A stretch of 64,000 nt of DNA from Patescibacteria group bacterium (GTDB lineage: Bacteria; Patescibacteriota; Patescibacteriia; UBA9934), in contig JBAZUI010000003.1 in assembly GCA_041661425.1 (NCBI GenBank), positions 10,446-74,445 on the forward strand. Direction: 5' to 3'. Positions 55,457 through 64,000 of this stretch are shown here, piece after piece. Position 1 is the first letter of the stretch. Each line of letters opens with the position of its first letter. The notes beneath the pieces are model-generated. The model was not told the DNA's origin and ran no database searches. It was given only the letters and a program-made list of their open reading frames with translations. The translations under genes were made by a program, and so were the position numbers.

Positions 55457-56617
55457 ATGAATCTATCGCACCTCCCACTTTCTTCCATTAAAAAAGGCAC
55501 CCGCATTTTAATGCGGGTTGATTTTAATGTCCCGCTCAAAAATGGGAAAGTCCCGGAAGCTTCTCTTCCTCGATTGCGCGCCGTCGCCCCGGAGATTGTT
55601 GAATATACAAAGCGTGGCGCTCGCGTGATTCTTGCAACGCATCTTGGTCGACCTGATGGCCATCGCAAAACATCACTTTCAACGCATGCGCTTGTACGGC
55701 CACTCGGCACGTGTGTGGGGCAGGGGATCGAAACCGCAAGTGATATTGCGGGATCGTCCGCAAGAAAGATGGTTGAGCATTTACAGCCAGGCCGGATTGT
55801 GATGCTTGAGAATTTGCGTTTTGATGAACGCGAGGAAAAAAATAAACGCTCCTTTGCAAAAGAACTGGCGCAACTTGGGGATGTGTACGTCAACGATGCC
55901 TTTAGTGTGAGCCATCGGCCTCATGCATCTGTTTCGGCAATCACAAAGTATCTTCCGAGCTTTGCCGGGGATTTACTCACAAAGGAAGTGACGGAACTTT
56001 CAAAACCCCTCAAAGAACCGTTTGTGCTTGTGCTCGGTGGCGTGAAACTTGAAACAAAATTAGGACTCTTACTCGCTCTCGGGTCAAAGGCCGATGCGAT
56101 TCTCATGGGTGGGGGAGCTGCGGTTGTTCTTGAATCCATTCGATCAGATCGTCCGTCGCTTGCCACACATCTTTCGCCATCTTCGCATGAGATTCGCATT
56201 GGAAAGAAGATTCTTCGACGATTTCAAGATCGGTTGATACTCCCAAGCGATGCGATTCTCAAATCAACAGGAAAAAGCGAGTCTATTCACCAATTAGGGA
56301 TTGATGATTTGATGATTGATATTGGACCCAAAACGCAAAAGGCATTTGAGAAGATTATGGAAGATGCAAAAACAATCGTGTGGAATGGACCCATGGGGAT
56401 GATTGAAGATTCGCGCGCTTGTGGAGGAACAACCGCGGTATTGCGCTCCATGGTGCATTCGGAAGCACGAACCATTGCCGGCGGTGGAGATACACTCGGA
56501 TTTCTGGATGGAACAACCCTCACAAAAAAACTCTCTTTTGTTTCAACCGGCGGAGGAGCGATGCTTGCTTTTTTGGCAGGCGAACCCATGCCGGGTCTTA
56601 AACCGTTATTTGTATGA
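55457..56617 (+). CDS. pgk: Phosphoglycerate kinase
   Basis: RVDFNVPLKNGKV N-terminal motif. Confidence 0.9.
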   Translation: MNLSHLPLSSIKKGTRILMRVDFNVPLKNGKVPEASLPRLRAVAPEIVEYTKRGARVILATHLGRPDGHRKTSLSTHALVRPLGTCVGQGIETASDIAGSSARKMVEHLQPGRIVMLENLRFDEREEKNKRSFAKELAQLGDVYVNDAFSVSHRPHASVSAITKYLPSFAGDLLTKEVTELSKPLKEPFVLVLGGVKLETKLGLLLALGSKADAILMGGGAAVVLESIRSDRPSLATHLSPSSHEIRIGKKILRRFQDRLILPSDAILKSTGKSESIHQLGIDDLMIDIGPKTQKAFEKIMEDAKTIVWNGPMGMIEDSRACGGTTAVLRSMVHSEARTIAGGGDTLGFLDGTTLTKKLSFVSTGGGAMLAFLAGEPMPGLKPLFV

Positions 56618-57882
56618 AAGATCGAATCGCAAGCATTCATGCGCAAGAAATTTTGGACTCGCGTGGAAATCCAACGGTTTATGTGACCGTGGAATTGCGT
56701 GGAGGCGTGCATGGCCATGCATCGGTTCCCTCTGGTGCTTCGACTGGAATTCATGAAGCACTTGAGCTTCGCGATGGCGACTCAAAGCGCTATCGGGGTA
56801 AAGGCGTACAAAAAGCTGTCCATCACGTGAATACGAAAATCGCGAAAGCGCTTGAGGGGAAAATCATTTTTGATCTCCCGGGCATTGATACGACAATGCG
56901 TTTACTCGATGGCACTGCTAATAAACATATCCTTGGCGCCAATGCCATTCTTGGCGTTTCCATGGCTTGCGCTCATGCGGGGGCCCGGCGCGCAAAACGT
57001 CCGCTTTATGCGTATCTTCGGGCCATCTATGGCATTGGATATAAAAAGTACACGCTCCCAACTCCGTTCTTGAATGTGTTTAATGGCGGAGCACATGCGG
57101 ATACTAATCTCGACATGCAGGAATTTATTATTATCCCGCATGCCATGAAAACATTTTCGAAAAAGTTGCAAGCCGGATCGGAGATCTATCATGCGCTTGG
57201 CGATATCCTAAAAAAAGATCATCTTGATACAGATAAGGGCGATGAAGGAGGGTATGCGCCTCATGTGGGAAAAACAGAATCTGCGCTTGAATATCTATCG
57301 AAAGCAACAAAGAAAGCTGGATATCGACTCGGAAAAGATATTGGATTTGGCATTGATATTGCGGCCAGTGAGTTTTTTGATCACAAGACTGAAAAATATA
57401 TTCTCAAAACCGATCATCGACGTTTGAGCGCCAAGGATATGATGGAATTGCTTGCAAGTTGGCAGAAGAAGTATCCATTGATGTCGATTGAAGATCCGCT
57501 CGATCAGGATGCCTGGGAAGATTGGGCTATCATCACAAAACAATTAGGAAAGAAGATGCTGATTGTGGGAGATGATTTTTTTGTGACAAATCCAGAACGC
57601 ATTCAAGAAGGAATTACAAAAAAATGCGCCAATGCGGTACTTGTGAAAATGAATCAAATCGGAACGCTCTCGGAAACAATGGAAGCGATTGATTTAGCGC
57701 AAAAACATGGATACAAAGTTGTGATCTCGCATCGATCTGGAGAAACATCAGATACCACGATTGCGGATTTGGCCGTTGCTGTGAATGCTGAATATCTTAA
57801 ATCCGGCGCCCCTTCACGATCAGAGCGTTTGGCAAAATACAATCGAGTTCTCGAAATCGAAGAAGAGTTACTTGGCCTCTAG
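56614..57882 (+). CDS. eno: Enolase
   Basis: IHAQEILDSRGNPTV... Overlaps the pgk stop. Confidence 0.95.
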   Translation: MKDRIASIHAQEILDSRGNPTVYVTVELRGGVHGHASVPSGASTGIHEALELRDGDSKRYRGKGVQKAVHHVNTKIAKALEGKIIFDLPGIDTTMRLLDGTANKHILGANAILGVSMACAHAGARRAKRPLYAYLRAIYGIGYKKYTLPTPFLNVFNGGAHADTNLDMQEFIIIPHAMKTFSKKLQAGSEIYHALGDILKKDHLDTDKGDEGGYAPHVGKTESALEYLSKATKKAGYRLGKDIGFGIDIAASEFFDHKTEKYILKTDHRRLSAKDMMELLASWQKKYPLMSIEDPLDQDAWEDWAIITKQLGKKMLIVGDDFFVTNPERIQEGITKKCANAVLVKMNQIGTLSETMEAIDLAQKHGYKVVISHRSGETSDTTIADLAVAVNAEYLKSGAPSRSERLAKYNRVLEIEEELLGL

Positions 57883-59145
57883 AAGTTCGTGATCATAATG
57901 CCAACCGCTCACGCGCTCGGCCATAAAGGTACCGAGGGCATTGGCGCGTTGCCAAATATGTCCGCCATAACGCTCTTGTAGACGATCGAGGGCTTGAATG
58001 GTTGCCAGTATTTTTTGGTCTTTCTTGAAAAGGGAAGTGGGGATTGGGATGTGCTCAAGTCCGGAAATTGAAACACCAAGAAGACGCACGGAACAATGTG
58101 GATCACGAATATCCTCAAGAATTTGCCAAGCGCATTTATAGATATCAAGGCCATTCCAGAGTGGGATATGAAGACGACGAATCGTCGAAACGCCGGTAAA
58201 ATCCGCATAACGCGCAAAAACAGCAATGGTCCCGCCAACGGCTTTGGCACGCCGAAGACGCCAGGAAACCTTATCGCAAAGGGCGAGAAGATTGGTTTGT
58301 AATTCAATTTCCGTGTCAAGATTTTCCGGGAAGGTATAGGAGTGACCAATTGATTTTTCCGGTTGCGGTTCTGCAAGAATCGCATTCGATCCTTTGCCTC
58401 GTGCGGCATCGTAGAGGAAATTTCCATACGATTTGAAATGCATGAGAAGGATCGGTTTTGGTGTGGCGCGCAAATCCGCAATAGATTCAATACTCAGATT
58501 TTTAAGGCGTTTTGCAATGCGATGACCAATGCCGCAAATATCCTCGAGTTTCCTTGTGAGGACGAAATCCTCGACTTCGTGTGGCTGAACAACAGTGAGT
58601 CCATTTGGTTTTACCGATTCGCCTGCGAGTTTTGCAATGAGTTTATTGGGCCCGATCCCAATCGAAGCCGTGCAATATTCCCCGCAGATTTTTTTGATAT
58701 CGTCACGGATCACTTGAGCGAGCATAATCGCTCCAAAATAATCTTTTGCTGAGACGGTGATATCAGCAAAAGCTTCATCGGCACTAAATTGTTCTACCGC
58801 ATCGGTATGCTCGCGAAGAATGGCGAGAAAACGTTTTGTGATTTCCGCGTATTTGCGAGGATCGCCTGGAATAATTTGAAGATCGGGAACTATTTGTTTT
58901 GCCTCAAATGTTGACATGGCGGTTTTGACGCCAAGTTTTTTTGCTTCGCGTGAGGCCGTGGTGATGACGGATCGTTCAAACCGAAATTGCGAAACATCAT
59001 GAGCGCGACCGTCCATGGAAGCACGACCTTTGCCCGCGATGCCAATCGCCTTGCCACGCAAAAATGGATTCGCTTGTTGTTCAACAGAGGCAAAGAAAGA
59101 ATTGAAATCAACGTGAAGAATAATTGGCATATTTTCTGACGTCAT
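57868..59145 (-). CDS. dinB: Y-family DNA polymerase IV
   Basis: ILHVDFNSFFASVEQ catalytic motif. Confidence 0.85.
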   Translation of the reverse strand: MTSENMPIILHVDFNSFFASVEQQANPFLRGKAIGIAGKGRASMDGRAHDVSQFRFERSVITTASREAKKLGVKTAMSTFEAKQIVPDLQIIPGDPRKYAEITKRFLAILREHTDAVEQFSADEAFADITVSAKDYFGAIMLAQVIRDDIKKICGEYCTASIGIGPNKLIAKLAGESVKPNGLTVVQPHEVEDFVLTRKLEDICGIGHRIAKRLKNLSIESIADLRATPKPILLMHFKSYGNFLYDAARGKGSNAILAEPQPEKSIGHSYTFPENLDTEIELQTNLLALCDKVSWRLRRAKAVGGTIAVFARYADFTGVSTIRRLHIPLWNGLDIYKCAWQILEDIRDPHCSVRLLGVSISGLEHIPIPTSLFKKDQKILATIQALDRLQERYGGHIWQRANALGTFMAERVSGWHYDHELLEAK

Positions 59146-59172
59146 TGCGAGCCTAAAAGGCGAAGCAATCTA

Positions 59173-60063
59173 TTGATGAATTATTTTTATTCACAAGGGA
59201 CTCTTGGAATCGATGCTAAATTGTGTAATATGAGTTCATACACTCCCCATAATTTTTTTATGCTTACCAAAAATGATATAAAATTATTTCGTGGGGTGAT
59301 TCGCGAAGAGTTTCAAGCTGATACATTCAAGGATGGTGTGCGTGAGGTTCTTCATGATGAAATCCGTGGAGAATTTCAGGGTGATGCGTTTAAAGATGGC
59401 GTGCGAGAGATTCTCCATAACGAGATTGGCGAGGAATTTCAGGGTGAAACATTTAAGGACAGTATCCGTGAGGTTGTGAATCATGAAATTTGCGAAGAAT
59501 TTCAAGGTGAGACGTTCAAAAATAGCATCCGGGACGTCATCGACCATGAGATTCGTGGAGAGCTTCAGGGCGAAGCATTCAAGAACAGTATGCGGGAGGT
59601 TGTGAATAACGAGCTCCGTGGAGAACTCGGAGGTGAGACCTTTAAGGATAGTATTCGTGAGGCTGTGAATCATGAGATTCGTGGAGAGCTTCAGGGCGAA
59701 GCATTCAAGAACAGTATGCGGGGGGTTGTGAATAACGAGATTCACGAGGAGCTTCAGGCTGATTCGTTTAAGAATAGTGTGCGCGAAATTGTTAACGATG
59801 AGGTTGGTGAAGTTCTTGAGAATATCGTTGTCCCACAATTTGATGGCATCTATCGTGAAATGGACGAAATAAAGAGCAAAATAAGTGTTTTAGAGGACAC
59901 GGTGGTCACAAAAGACTATTTGGATGAAAGACTTATAAATTTTAAGGAAGAATTGAACCTCCCGGCGGTATGGGTCGCGAAGCAAGTCGAGCGACTTTCA
60001 CATATGCTCTATAAAGGAGGAATTTTAACTGCTGAACAGGTCGTAGAGATCAGGACGGAATAA
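59173..60063 (+). CDS. Hypothetical protein made of ten tandem 20-residue repeats (consensus IRGELQGEAFKNSMREVVNHE)
   Basis: 60-bp DNA periodicity from 59290 to 59830. Two 68-bp stretches are near-identical. Start codon choice is uncertain. Confidence 0.5.
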   Translation: MMNYFYSQGTLGIDAKLCNMSSYTPHNFFMLTKNDIKLFRGVIREEFQADTFKDGVREVLHDEIRGEFQGDAFKDGVREILHNEIGEEFQGETFKDSIREVVNHEICEEFQGETFKNSIRDVIDHEIRGELQGEAFKNSMREVVNNELRGELGGETFKDSIREAVNHEIRGELQGEAFKNSMRGVVNNEIHEELQADSFKNSVREIVNDEVGEVLENIVVPQFDGIYREMDEIKSKISVLEDTVVTKDYLDERLINFKEELNLPAVWVAKQVERLSHMLYKGGILTAEQVVEIRTE

Positions 60064-60509
60064 GGATCTCTCTTTTTGCACAAATCAATCGCTATACAAC
60101 TCGACCAGACGCCATTCAAGAGTCTCGGAATCCAGTCGGAGTTTCATGAAATTGGTGTTATCGGAGACAGAAAAATAGAAAATTCTCTTTTGACCTTCGC
60201 GTGTGCTGTGAACGAGATTGAGCTGTTGGAGTGCATAGGTGTGCTGGCCCCAACGGACATGCGTTGGGCGCACGCGATTTTGTGCAAATTGAACGAGGAC
60301 GTCCACAGGGTCATTGAGAATTTCATGCATATTAAGAAAGGTGAAGGGTGTGGAGCAGGCGATGAATTTGTTGCTTAAAACGACGACGACTCACACGAAC
60401 CCGAAGGTGTTTTTGCCAATTGCGAAGAGTACGATCTTCGGCAAGTGTGTAGCCGAGTGTAATTTTGTAGTATCGAAGTGCTGTTTCTGACATAAAAAAA
60501 TTATTTAGG

Positions 60510-60550
60510 AATAAAAAGCGACGCTGGAGGAGGAGACCAGCGTCGCGTTA
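60510..60550 (-). terminator. Rho-independent terminator downstream of lexA
   Basis: GCGACGCTGG-n-CCAGCGTCGC 10-bp stem followed by a T-run on the minus strand. Confidence 0.6.
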
Positions 60551-60672
60551 TGTTCTAGATATAATCCAGAACACTGACTATGGAGGCCGGATCCCTTCGG
60601 CTTCCTCGCCAGAGCAAATGCTAGGATCGTATGCATTTTGCTCTAACGAAGAGTGATTTGGGATCCGGACAA

Positions 60673-61299
60673 TTATGAATGAAATTTTCTAATCACGGCT
60701 CGAACGACTCCTTGGATATTGATGTCGCCTTTGATGATAATCGGTTGCATGGTGCTATTGGCCGGTTGTAAACGAATGTGTTTTCCTTCTCGATAGAAGC
60801 GTTTGAGTGTGGCATAGGCATTGTCGAGCAGGGCCACGACGATATCACCATTTTTTGGTGAAGGATTTCTTTCGATGACCACATAGTCTCCATCAAAGAT
60901 GCCATCTTCGATCATGGACCGACCCTTTACGCGAAGCACATAGGAGTTTCCTGGATTCACGACGAAATCCGTTGGGACGGCGATGGCTTCATTTTCTTCA
61001 ACGGCTTCGATTGGTTCGCCAGCTGTGATGAGTCCGGCAAGTGGAAGAATGATACTCATGGACGAAAGTTCTGTAACCTCGGTGAGTTCAATGGATCGTG
61101 CCGCGCCATCTTCGCCTGTATTGATGACGCCCTTTTCGCAAAGCGCTTGAACATGTTCGTGCACGGTCGACGGAGAGGCGAGCCCCATGGATTTTGCGAT
61201 CTCGCGATAAGAGGGGGTATAGCCATGTTCGCGAATGAATTGCTCGATGCAATTCAGAACTTCGCGTTGCTTTTTTGTAAGAGGCGGGAGTGATGTCAT
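60673..61299 (-). CDS. lexA: LexA repressor (S24 peptidase)
   Basis: Start at MTSLPPLTKKQREVL. wHTH. Cleavage/catalytic motifs GRSM and KRF. Confidence 0.85.
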   Translation of the reverse strand: MTSLPPLTKKQREVLNCIEQFIREHGYTPSYREIAKSMGLASPSTVHEHVQALCEKGVINTGEDGAARSIELTEVTELSSMSIILPLAGLITAGEPIEAVEENEAIAVPTDFVVNPGNSYVLRVKGRSMIEDGIFDGDYVVIERNPSPKNGDIVVALLDNAYATLKRFYREGKHIRLQPANSTMQPIIIKGDINIQGVVRAVIRKFHS

Positions 61300-61301
61300 A
61301 T

Positions 61302-61345
61302 CGTTCGCTTTCTGTTCCCATTTTGACCCGAACAGAAAACGAACG
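61302..61345. promoter_or_regulatory. Candidate LexA operator: inverted pair of GTTC-N7-GTTC / GAAC-N7-GAAC boxes between lexA and the divergent gene
   Basis: CGTTCGCTTTCTGTTC-12 bp-GAACAGAAAACGAACG. 16-bp arms are reverse complements except one base. Confidence 0.5.
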
Positions 61346-61419
61346 CAAGAGCGGGTGTGGATATCTTTTCTTTTTTGCGTGAATGTCATTATTATGTTAA
61401 TTTGTGTCCTCGATCGCCT

Positions 61420-62457
61420 ATGAAAAAAACCGTTGAAATTCCACTGCCAGGGCATCCCGATAAGGTCTGCGATCTTATTGTTGATTCGATTTTGGATGAA
61501 TATCTTCGCCGTGATGCAAAAAGTCTTGTTGATATCCAGGCTTTGGGGTCGCATGGCATGCTCATGATTGGCGGCACGGTTGAATCTCAAGCGGATTTTG
61601 ATTGCGGAGAATTGGCAAAATCAGTGTATGCGCGCCTTGGGTATGAGGATCAAATTGAACCATTCGTGAACATCAAAAGCACAGGACATCCGGAAGAAAA
61701 AAACGATGCTCACAGCGTAAGTCACGGCACCTCGATTGTGCATGGGTATGCCAGCCGTGAGACGCGTGAAATGCTTCCGCGCGTATTGGTTTACGCAAAT
61801 GCTTTAGCGCAACGCATTGATGATTTACGTCGAACCTCAGAACATTTCCATTGGATGAATCCGGACGGCAAAGTCCAGCTCACGATGGACGGTCATAAAT
61901 TTACGAGTGTGGTCGCCCATGTCCAGCATAAAAAAGAAATGGATGTCGCCCGCGTTCAGCAAGCCCTTCTGGAGCAGGTGATTATTCCCGTCTTGGGAAC
62001 GGACGAAGGAGTAAAAATTTTTGTGAATACGGCCGGGAAATTTTTCGTGGGTGGATTTGAAGGGAGCTCCGGCGCTTCGGGACGCCGATTACTTTCCGAT
62101 ACCTATGGAAGCCTTCTTCCAAGTGGCGGCGCTTATATGGCGGGTCGTGATCCGAGCCATCCCAGCCGTGCCGGAGCCTATATGGCTCGATATGTTGCAA
62201 AGAATTTGGTTCACGAAGGAGTGGCGGGAAATATTTTTCTCACGGTTGCTTACACCATTGGACAGGCAGAACCGATTTACATTGAGGCGCGATCTGGCGA
62301 TGGCAAAGATCTTTCCGAGATAGTGAAAAAACGATTTGATTTTCGTCCGGATGCGATTGTCGAGCGCTTGCATTTGCGTGAACCGTTGTATGCGCGCGTG
62401 GTGGCGTTTGGCCAGTTTGGGCGAGTTGGAATGCCGTGGGAAGCACTTGAGGAATAG
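61420..62457 (+). CDS. metK: S-adenosylmethionine synthetase-like protein (divergent MetK)
   Basis: GHPDKVCD N-terminal motif is conserved. The GGGAFSGKD loop is degenerate (GGAYMAGRD). Confidence 0.5.
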   Translation: MKKTVEIPLPGHPDKVCDLIVDSILDEYLRRDAKSLVDIQALGSHGMLMIGGTVESQADFDCGELAKSVYARLGYEDQIEPFVNIKSTGHPEEKNDAHSVSHGTSIVHGYASRETREMLPRVLVYANALAQRIDDLRRTSEHFHWMNPDGKVQLTMDGHKFTSVVAHVQHKKEMDVARVQQALLEQVIIPVLGTDEGVKIFVNTAGKFFVGGFEGSSGASGRRLLSDTYGSLLPSGGAYMAGRDPSHPSRAGAYMARYVAKNLVHEGVAGNIFLTVAYTIGQAEPIYIEARSGDGKDLSEIVKKRFDFRPDAIVERLHLREPLYARVVAFGQFGRVGMPWEALEE

Positions 62458-62465
62458 ACTGCTCC

Positions 62466-62583
62466 AAAACTCGCGATCTGTTGGCTTGCGGGGCCCTGCC
62501 ATCTCCTCATCGTACCTATCCGGTACGTCTCGGAGACTGGCTGTCCCGCGCACCAACATCTCATCGAGTTTTGAAGCAGTCCA
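62466..62583 (+). ncRNA. Copy C of the ~106-nt structured intergenic element
   Basis: Identical to copy B except the apical hairpin (CGTACC-tatcc-GGTACG vs ACGTAC-actctg-GTACGT). Confidence 0.55.
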
Positions 62584-62619
62584 AAGCGAGGCTGTCCTGA
62601 ATCCTGCTATAATAATCCC

Positions 62620-63366
62620 ATGCACGTACGATTTTTCTTTGCCGGAGCGTTTTTGATGATTGCCGGATTGTCGGGGTATCTTTTGATTCATCCTCAACCG
62701 GAATTTTTTGCATTTGCGGATGAGCGTAGATTTGCAACTCTCGAGGGTTCTCGGGGAGTGACGCAAACGGTCTTGCTCGAGGAGCAAGAACCGGCTGGCG
62801 GTTCCATTTTATTGGGTCCGGTGTATGCTTTTACGTCTTCGGAAATAAATGCTCGTCATCCTTTTGTTCTTTCTTTTGATTTAGGAGTTGCTCCATTCAC
62901 CATCCCAGAAGGAAAGAATCTTACGCTCTTTCACTATCTCGACGGTGCCATGATGTGGGAAGCAGTTGCATCATCGGAAGATCCTTTTACAAAGATTTTG
63001 TCAGCGGAAATCACCGAGAGCGGATATTATTCTCTCGGACTTCTTTTGGACATCTTCGCTCCAACCTATATTGATACACTCAATTCATTGCGCGCTTTAT
63101 CGCCGGAAGGGACCGTGGGATATCGCGTGAGCCAAGGTTATTCTTTGGATGGTGGGCCAATGATCACGTTTGGGGACCCCATGATCGGGGGATGTGACGG
63201 CACCTTTGATGTGGGATCGCGTTTGGAACGTTCCATGCGCTCCATCGAAACAGAAATTCTTCTCAATGACCTTTGGCAATCCGCGGAACTCTCCTATGTT
63301 GCCGAATGGTTTTTGGACGATAAATCCTGTCCCACAGAGTCCCTCGCCGAGATAAAAAGCCCGTGA
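62620..63366 (+). CDS. Hypothetical secreted/membrane-anchored protein
   Basis: N-terminal signal anchor, 248 aa. Confidence 0.45.
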   Translation: MHVRFFFAGAFLMIAGLSGYLLIHPQPEFFAFADERRFATLEGSRGVTQTVLLEEQEPAGGSILLGPVYAFTSSEINARHPFVLSFDLGVAPFTIPEGKNLTLFHYLDGAMMWEAVASSEDPFTKILSAEITESGYYSLGLLLDIFAPTYIDTLNSLRALSPEGTVGYRVSQGYSLDGGPMITFGDPMIGGCDGTFDVGSRLERSMRSIETEILLNDLWQSAELSYVAEWFLDDKSCPTESLAEIKSP

Positions 63367-63399
63367 TATACTTTTTTTGTTAATTTTAACGGAGGAGAT

Positions 63400-63687
63400 A
63401 TGCCTAAGCGTTCGGTTAAAAAAGCTCCAAAGGGGAGTGCGACCTGTTGCAAGCCCTTAAAAGAAGATATTCATCACTATTCCGTGAAGGACATGGAGCG
63501 GGTGATGGAATCAACGGTTCCTTGCCAGCACTGTGCTCATTTTCCCATTGGAGCCACGGATCTTTTGCACCTTCTTTTAGTCTTAATCTTTACGCTCTCA
63601 GCTGTTCTCATGACCTCGGTCTATGCGCTCAATTTAGAGCAGGCAAAGGTCATTGATTTGCAAGCGGAGATCCAGGAATCTCTATGA
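63400..63687 (+). CDS. Hypothetical small membrane protein
   Basis: C-terminal TM. ORF only. Confidence 0.35.
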   Translation: MPKRSVKKAPKGSATCCKPLKEDIHHYSVKDMERVMESTVPCQHCAHFPIGATDLLHLLLVLIFTLSAVLMTSVYALNLEQAKVIDLQAEIQESL

Positions 63688-64000
63688 TAAATCGGTATTT
63701 TGTGGGGGGACTTTGTTTCTGTGCATTGATTTTGGGAGGGGCAGGTTGCCAAGGAGAAGAAGCATCTCTCCAAGGCATTGAAACCACGGGTGATACCGTG
63801 GCGACAGTGGAAACCGAAACTTCCGTTTTTACTTATTCAGGGATTCTTGATTCAAATCAACTTATGGATAAACAAGTTCGCATTGCAACCGCCAAAGGAG
63901 ATATTGTGATTCAGCTTTTCCCTGATACGGCGCCAAAAGCGGTCTCGAATTTCATCTCACTCACGCAAAATGGTTTTTATAATAATTTAACCTTCCATCG
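63684..64000 (+). CDS. Cyclophilin-type peptidyl-prolyl isomerase lipoprotein (5' partial in window)
   Basis: ATGA overlap. Lipobox LGGAGC. NFISLTQNGFYNNLTFH cyclophilin motif. Confidence 0.7.
   Translation, partial: MINRYFVGGLCFCALILGGAGCQGEEASLQGIETTGDTVATVETETSVFTYSGILDSNQLMDKQVRIATAKGDIVIQLFPDTAPKAVSNFISLTQNGFYNNLTFH

Noticed and set aside
59284-59838. 184-aa minus-strand ORF
   Set aside because: Antisense to the 20-aa tandem-repeat gene. Repeats generate a periodic mirror ORF.
60076-60378. Overlapping 100-aa (+) and 81-aa (-) ORFs
   Set aside because: No features distinguish a real gene. The region may be lexA 3'-UTR or an unannotated small gene. Left uncalled apart from the terminator.
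42643-62656. Small ORFs overlapping the three 106-nt element copies (42643..42825 +, 53379..53594 +, 62336..62656 +, 62277..62564 -)
   Set aside because: Reading frames are not conserved between copies, while secondary-structure pairings are.
1-64000. CRISPR array, integrase, transposase, prophage genes
   Set aside because: Looked for direct-repeat/spacer periodicity and for integrase or transposase-like ORFs near the islands and the tRNA. None found. The islands therefore cannot be called a classical mobile element from this window alone.

Overview
This 64-kb window reads as a genome fragment from a small-genome, probably monoderm CPR/Patescibacteria-like bacterium of moderate GC (~45%). 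Compact core operons are interleaved with accessory surface-protein loci.

Core genes:
- ybeY, dgkA, ftsA, ftsZ, nrdR and pyk
- rplT, rpmI, infC, smpB and a newly located tmRNA
- rpsB, tsf, gap, pgk and eno
- dinB, lexA and a metK-like gene

Accessory content:
- Two tandem giant secreted proteins (574 aa and about 3145 aa) share a VirB2/TrbC-like two-helix pilin module at the N-terminus. The larger one carries Ig/IPT domains, Cys-rich repeats and a vWA domain.
- Three paralogous single-pass membrane proteins follow, each with thrombospondin-type-3 Ca-binding repeats.
- A 1832-aa secreted protein combines beta-propeller repeats with an M14 carboxypeptidase domain.
- A complete secretin-less type IV pilus locus runs from a REC regulator through PilB, PilC, four or five pseudopilins and two tandem major pilins to PilD. 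One pseudopilin is fused to an 1108-aa repeat protein, a candidate tip adhesin.

The most unusual signals:
- Two ~3-kb islands of ~70% GC (38.3-42.0 kb next to tRNA-Asp, and 49.15-52.1 kb) encode proteins typical of a high-GC diderm donor, including a MopE-repeat lipoprotein and an OMP-like protein ending in Phe. Either horizontal transfer or chimeric assembly could explain them.
- A ~106-nt multi-helix element sits in three same-sense copies inside translation-related operons, and the copies differ by compensatory base changes.
- Intergenic regions carry an unusually rich set of palindromic repeat families, including ~100-bp inverted repeats flanking rpsB-tsf.
- lexA is preceded by an inverted pair of GTTC-N7-GTTC boxes.
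- One gene encodes ten 20-residue tandem repeats.

No CRISPR array, integrase or transposase was seen.
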